From an uncultured virus (IMG/VR IMGVR_UViG_3300046003_003079) (lineage: Duplodnaviria > Heunggongvirae > Uroviricota > Caudoviricetes > Crassvirales), in IMG/VR virus record IMGVR_UViG_3300046003_003079: a stretch of DNA of 64,000 bases. One strand, 5' to 3'. Positions 58,872 through 64,000 of the stretch are shown here, piece after piece. Below the pieces are notes generated by a model. It saw only the letters and a list, made by a program, of their open reading frames with translations, made no database searches and was not told the DNA's origin. Each line of letters begins with the position of its first letter. Position 1 is the first letter of the stretch. The translations under genes were made by a program, and so were the position numbers.

Positions 58872-60537
58872 AAAGCGGTATATTTAATCTGTTTCTTAAT
58901 TCAATTTGTCTCTGAGGCAACTGGTATATCTCATTGGAAATAAAAGTCCCAGAAGCATCAATTTTTGTATTCTTTTCAACATGCTCGATGATATGATACA
59001 CATCAAGAATACTTTCAGCAATAAACGCCAGTACTCTTTGCTGAGTCATTTCTGGCAGCGTTATTTTCTGATGGTCGGTAAGCCGTCCGTGAGGCAGTTT
59101 AAGTTCTATTCCAAAAAACAGTGATGACTTACTGAAGAATACACTGTTGTCTGGAAGTCCGTTCTTCGAAGCGAAATGGACCCATTGGCCTTTATCTTTT
59201 GGATTTTTATGATCCTTAATAAACGCCTTGCCGCTATTCTGTCTCCACCAGAAATATCCAGTTTTCTTAAGAAAGCTATTTACATCTTCCTGCAGATCAG
59301 ACTCAAGTTTATAAACCTTTCCATCATAGATATCAAGTAAACTTCCAATACGCTTCAAATATATCTGTTTTTCTTCAGATAATACAAGTTTTATTTCATT
59401 TCTTTTTTCATTATCCAGATCTAGGCCCAATTGCCTATCAATCACCTTGGATATTTTCTTCTTGAAAAGCAGCGTCTTACGATCATCTGGAAGTCCGTGT
59501 TCCTCAATGTTTCCAACACAGTCCATAAGAATACAGTCTGGCTTGCCGTTCGCAATTGACTCTTCTAATGACTGGCCTAGCAGTCTAATGCCACGCCCGC
59601 ATTCCTGTACGTACTTTCTCCATGACTTTGTAATGGTAGCAAGCACAACACACATAACTGTTGGATCATCAAATCCAGCGGTAAGAATCTCAATTGATAT
59701 AAGTCCTTTCAATTCTCCGTCAGCATATGCCTTTAGAATCTTCAAACGTTTAGCTGGGGACGTGTCTGCTGTTATTATTTCAGTCTGGATTCCCTTTCTA
59801 CCGAACGCATCTTTTAAGTCGCTACAGTGCTTCTTATTGACGGCAAAACATATAAACTTTCTGTTCTCACAGATTTTAATGTAGTTGTCAACAATAGAGT
59901 CATTTATGTCGTCCTTATTAATTACCTCCGATAATGACTTCTCATCGTAATCAGAATCATTTTGCTTAACCTTGGATACATTCACACTCATGGGGCAGAA
60001 TACTTTGAAGGGTGTTAACCATCCAAGCTCCATCAGATCTTTCGTCTGGTAGTCATCAATGATTGAATCAAATCCTTCTAAAAGAAATCCACGGTCATCT
60101 ACTGGTGTAGCAGACAGTCCGATAAATATCGCATCTGGAAACTTATCAAACAGTGATTGAATCAGGTTTGACTCGTATGCATAATGGACCTCATCGACTA
60201 TAATTATTTTTGGTGGACGTATTTCAGTATTGATTAATGTCTGGATGGTTGCAACTGTAAGTAGTGATTCTTCCTTAAAGTCTGTACTGTTTCCTTGAAG
60301 ATAGTTTGGATTAAGCGATTCAAACTTCTTTGCCGACTGCTCGGCAAGAACTATCCTATGGCTCGTAAATAAGACACCATTTCCTTTTGCAAGGGCGCTT
60401 CTAATGATGTCAAATGATAGGATTGTCTTGCCGAATGAAGTCGGTGCAAAAACCAATATCTTCTTGCTTCCTTGACTGATTGCTGTCTTGATTTTATCTC
60501 TGACAACAATCTGCGGTGGTCGTAGTTGGTAGGACAT
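58861..60537 (-). CDS. SF2 (DEAH-box) helicase fused to C-terminal VRR-NUC-like nuclease domain
   Basis: APTSFGKT, DEVH, SAT, GFDDP, QECGRGIR; C-terminal ESDLQ...GLPD...GIELK...LTDHQ (PD-(D/E)xK). Confidence 0.85.
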   Translation of the reverse strand: MSYQLRPPQIVVRDKIKTAISQGSKKILVFAPTSFGKTILSFDIIRSALAKGNGVLFTSHRIVLAEQSAKKFESLNPNYLQGNSTDFKEESLLTVATIQTLINTEIRPPKIIIVDEVHYAYESNLIQSLFDKFPDAIFIGLSATPVDDRGFLLEGFDSIIDDYQTKDLMELGWLTPFKVFCPMSVNVSKVKQNDSDYDEKSLSEVINKDDINDSIVDNYIKICENRKFICFAVNKKHCSDLKDAFGRKGIQTEIITADTSPAKRLKILKAYADGELKGLISIEILTAGFDDPTVMCVVLATITKSWRKYVQECGRGIRLLGQSLEESIANGKPDCILMDCVGNIEEHGLPDDRKTLLFKKKISKVIDRQLGLDLDNEKRNEIKLVLSEEKQIYLKRIGSLLDIYDGKVYKLESDLQEDVNSFLKKTGYFWWRQNSGKAFIKDHKNPKDKGQWVHFASKNGLPDNSVFFSKSSLFFGIELKLPHGRLTDHQKITLPEMTQQRVLAFIAESILDVYHIIEHVEKNTKIDASGTFISNEIYQLPQRQIELRNRLNIPLYGT

Positions 60538-60538
60538 A

Positions 60539-61444
60539 TTACTCTACGTTTTCGCTGTCGTTAAATACACGATCAATGATTTCGTTTAAGTATTCCCTGC
60601 TCAATTCAAATGAAGGTGTCTTTTCCATCTTATCTCTCAGTATTTTTATGAGCATTGAGAAATAAGCGATATCAACTCCGATCAATTGCTCTTCAAGAAC
60701 ATCTGGATCTTTTAAATTAAGTTCTGATATCTGAAACATAATCTTCAAGTACTCTCCAGCTCCAATCTTCCACCCTCTATTGATGAATTTCTTTGATCGA
60801 ATGATTGATGTAAGTGGGTACAAAGATCCTTGATACTTAAGTTGCTTTGTGAGTAACGACTCCAATGCCTCCTTGTTTGTTACAAGTCCATCTTTGAAGG
60901 TGAAATAATTTGTAGCATGAATGAAGTCAAATGTTTTATGAATCTGTTCATTGTCACCGTGGAATCTACAAACTATTTGCAAGTCGTCAGTAAGGCTTAT
61001 TGCGTTTGGAGAGAAGAATGCTGGAGCATATTTTTTTGTTACTCCTTCAGTTGTATTTTCAATTGCTGGGACCTTGAATCCTTCGTTCACATTGATCTTG
61101 ATTTGATCATATTTAACTGTTCGAAGAGCTACTATTCTTTGGCATTTGTTATTTAGCGATACGTCTCCAAACTCATTGGCAATCATTGCTGCAGTTTTTC
61201 TTCCATCAAGCACTTCCAGATTGAATGGACTTGTGTAGTAAATAACTAATTTCTTGAGTACATCCATTGACTTGATGTACACATCAAAGTCATTTACTGG
61301 TTCGTTCAGCATCATTGATGCGATTGATCCTCCAGATACAAGTAAGTTATCCTTAACTTCTTTTCTTAATGATTCATCAGTTATTGTTGATAACCAATCA
61401 TTCATTTTGTGTTCTAATACTGATTTAATTGTTTTTAGTTGCAT
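60539..61444 (-). CDS. Pol-beta-superfamily nucleotidyltransferase-like protein
   Basis: VSGGSI...VNDFDVY (hG[GS]..DxD) and TFDF motifs resembling the CCA/poly(A) polymerase head. Confidence 0.65.
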   Translation of the reverse strand: MQLKTIKSVLEHKMNDWLSTITDESLRKEVKDNLLVSGGSIASMMLNEPVNDFDVYIKSMDVLKKLVIYYTSPFNLEVLDGRKTAAMIANEFGDVSLNNKCQRIVALRTVKYDQIKINVNEGFKVPAIENTTEGVTKKYAPAFFSPNAISLTDDLQIVCRFHGDNEQIHKTFDFIHATNYFTFKDGLVTNKEALESLLTKQLKYQGSLYPLTSIIRSKKFINRGWKIGAGEYLKIMFQISELNLKDPDVLEEQLIGVDIAYFSMLIKILRDKMEKTPSFELSREYLNEIIDRVFNDSENVE

Positions 61445-61619
61445 GTTTAATATTTTTGTTGTTTAATTACTGATATAGTTTGATTGATAGTTCTTTCCTT
61501 TACTTCTCGTGCAAATTCAACAAGAAAATTATCTAGAAATTGCCCTCCATGATCGCGTTTAACCCTTTGTCTTGGATCCATACCTCTCTTTTCAAGGTAT
61601 TTAATTACAGCTTCTTTTG

Positions 61620-62175
61620 TCATGATTTAAATTTTTGGTTGTAGTATTGTTCAAACGATTCGTGCTTAAATCCAATCATATGATAAGTTAATCTTGATTC
61701 ATTGAAAGCGTCTTCAGTATTTTGCTTTTCCATTTCTTTGGCTTGTTTGATTAATGGTATCAACTTATCACTATTGGATATTTGAAACCTTATTTGTTCT
61801 TCAAGCCATTCTACTGCTGTTTTCATAGTTATACATTTATGGTTTTCCCAATCCCATTTTATAAAAGTGTCACCAATTATTTGTTGAATGGATGGTAAAT
61901 CACTTTGGTCTTTATAAATTGCATGAATTATTCCATTGCATTTAGGACATTTTGGATTTGCTCTTATTACTGCCATATCTCTACTGATTTTTAAGTATTT
62001 CTTCTAGTCTTTCAAGTCTTAATTTTAATGCTTGATTTTCTTGTTCTTGTTTTTTAATTCTTGAATTATAATTCACACAACGATTACATCGTAACTGTGG
62101 AAACGGAAATGAATATCCTGTACGAACTGTTTTACCACCACATTTAGGGCATTTTGGATTGCTAAATAGTCCCAT
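61620..62175 (-). CDS. Two small Zn-finger-like proteins (61620-61976, 61981-62175)
   Basis: Both begin with NPKCPKC; the first is fused in frame to a 'MKTAVEWLEE' module. Confidence 0.6.
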
Positions 62176-62176
62176 A

Positions 62177-64000
62177 TTAAAATAATTTAGTTTGTTTTTC
62201 TTTACTCGTGAATCTTATCATCTTACCATTCGATCCTCGACGGTCCACATACGGCTCTCCGTACTTGAATATCGCGTACTTATTAAGCCAGTCATAGAAC
62301 GTTCGATGAGGTAACTTATACTTACCAAACTGACCGAAATCTGGATAGTTAGTAGTGAATTCATTCATCACATCTTGACCAATTAAATCACAGTTCGGTA
62401 GCAAGAACGGACGAGCATCATTACTCGTAACCCACTCTCTAAACTCGTATGATGTGGATGATTCAAGCTTTCTTAACTCTAAATTTTTAAACTCAGCCTC
62501 AATAAATCCTTTAGTCAAATATGTCTGAAGGCAGTAAAGCATGTAATTGTCGAACTTAAGATACTCCTCATCTGTCCAGTCATTGAATAGCGTATGTCCG
62601 AACTCCTTAAATGGCGTGAAGTCCTTATTGTAGTACTGAGCGAATTCCAGTTCCCATTTACGTCTTTCGAATGAATTTCCTTCACCCTTAACAGCATAAT
62701 TGGTAGAGATAATCATCTTTGGCGAGTCCTCGAACTCAATGTATATCTCCTGCTGGTTTTTCTTTTCTACAGTGATACCGTCAGTACTGATTGAAAACAG
62801 TTTTTCAAGATTGAATGTCTTCTCAATATCTTGGAATGTTAATACCTGAGTGTCTGTGTTTACCCTCTGGTAGTTAAAATTCTTTGATGCCGTGAATGAC
62901 TTCCCATCAATCGTTACGTTGTTCTTCATCTTACTGATGGCATGTATAAAGATCCCCTTACCTGTACCGCCTTCTGGCTTTGATGATATCGACTCGTCAT
63001 TAAGTATGACTATCGGACAGTAATCAGCTGGTTTATATGAGTGAAGTAGGAATCCAATGGTTGACTCCATCGATTTCATTCTAACGTCATCATTTCCAGA
63101 TACATTTCGAATAAACTGTCGGAATTCACAGTCATGAAATTCTACTACCTTGAAGTCTCGATTGATGATCTGCTTGGACCAAACATTGCCTTCAAGATTA
63201 TTGTAGGCTATCGGCTCAATTTTGTCCTTATATACACGTATCGCACAGTTATTGTAGTAGATATTCGCGCTGTCAATCCTGTCTTTAAGTATTACTGGAT
63301 TAGCATTCTCCAAGAAGCCAAGGAATCTTTCCTCGCCCATCTTGGTCTTCTCTGCATACGCATCATCGATTGATCGGTCCTCAATGTCGTTCAGATATCC
63401 GAATACGAAATCTCGTATCTGATTATCTGATACTGGAGTCATGATGTTGTCAATGATTCTTACAAATATAAACCTCTCATTGCTCCCATGGTAGTATTTG
63501 TAAAATCCGTTATCCGTTAAGAAATCTCTGTATTTGTGATTGATGAACTTTACGATTCCCTTGTCGGTCTTAAACCAGAAGTCATCTCCAACGATAACTG
63601 TATCGCGAATCTGTCGAATGATTTCATCCGTAACTGTTGGATGCATCAGTTTTATTTCATCAACTGGGACCGATCTTACAATCATCTCAGCAACACTGCT
63701 TACCTTCTCGTTATCCTCAAATTGTTTCGTTCCGAACTTTTCAACTGATGCATATGCTGAGTCAACTGTCTGTTTGATCTCTTCTTCTGGAAAATCATGC
63801 GCCTCATACTCCATGCATGCATTAAGAGCATCCGCTTTTTGGATGCCGTAATCATTGAATGATGCAGCGAGTACAAACAGGTTGTGATTCCTGCTTCCAG
63901 ACACCATGCCGAAGTCTTTCTGCCACCAAGTTTTCAGTATTTTGATTGCCTTATCCTCGTCCTCAATTGGGAACATGGTTTTAACTTTATCTTTTACTGG
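62177..64000 (-). CDS. Primase-helicase (PriCT domain + SF3-like P-loop helicase), 5' end outside the window
   Basis: GSRNHNLF.LA..FNDYG (PriCT), GGTGKG Walker A, IISTNY motif C. Frame stays open upstream of 63976 (PVKDKVKT) to the window edge. Confidence 0.8.
   Translation of the reverse strand, partial: PVKDKVKTMFPIEDEDKAIKILKTWWQKDFGMVSGSRNHNLFVLAASFNDYGIQKADALNACMEYEAHDFPEEEIKQTVDSAYASVEKFGTKQFEDNEKVSSVAEMIVRSVPVDEIKLMHPTVTDEIIRQIRDTVIVGDDFWFKTDKGIVKFINHKYRDFLTDNGFYKYYHGSNERFIFVRIIDNIMTPVSDNQIRDFVFGYLNDIEDRSIDDAYAEKTKMGEERFLGFLENANPVILKDRIDSANIYYNNCAIRVYKDKIEPIAYNNLEGNVWSKQIINRDFKVVEFHDCEFRQFIRNVSGNDDVRMKSMESTIGFLLHSYKPADYCPIVILNDESISSKPEGGTGKGIFIHAISKMKNNVTIDGKSFTASKNFNYQRVNTDTQVLTFQDIEKTFNLEKLFSISTDGITVEKKNQQEIYIEFEDSPKMIISTNYAVKGEGNSFERRKWELEFAQYYNKDFTPFKEFGHTLFNDWTDEEYLKFDNYMLYCLQTYLTKGFIEAEFKNLELRKLESSTSYEFREWVTSNDARPFLLPNCDLIGQDVMNEFTTNYPDFGQFGKYKLPHRTFYDWLNKYAIFKYGEPYVDRRGSNGKMIRFTSKEKQTKLF

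Noticed and set aside
1..64000. Alternative genetic code, DGR, introns/inteins, integrase, Cas genes
   Set aside because: Long genes are intact in the standard code. No reverse transcriptase, TR/VR pair, intein, recombinase or Cas motif was recognised in this window.

Overview
Most of the genome of a tailed dsDNA (podovirus-like) bacteriophage. The host is very probably a Bacteroidota: TAnnTTTG promoter boxes precede many genes and Shine-Dalgarno motifs are not evident. Layout: a leftward early arm of small ORFs and non-coding RNAs (1-11.4 kb), then a non-coding switch region with a dif-like site and IHF-like boxes (11.4-12 kb). A rightward arm follows, with small ORFs, groEL-groES, a lysis cassette, terminase, portal, scaffold, major capsid, tail and ejected proteins (12-55 kb). 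A leftward arm then carries anti-defence-like, phosphoesterase, helicase, nucleotidyltransferase and primase-helicase genes (55-64 kb). The best finds, read by eye: (1) a very small circularly permuted (two-piece) tmRNA with tag ANVIQMNPQLRAVA; (2) a canonical type I hammerhead ribozyme between two early genes; (3) a 127-nt tRNA-like RNA with an oversized anticodon arm and three further candidate structured RNAs; (4) a mucin-like poly-Thr virion protein paired with a putative protein O-glycosyltransferase, inserted inside what looks like a split tail-nozzle gene; (5) a XerD-perfect dif-like site and two homologous origin-like elements whose cores are inverted relative to each other. Protein calls rest on motif recognition only; no database searches were run.
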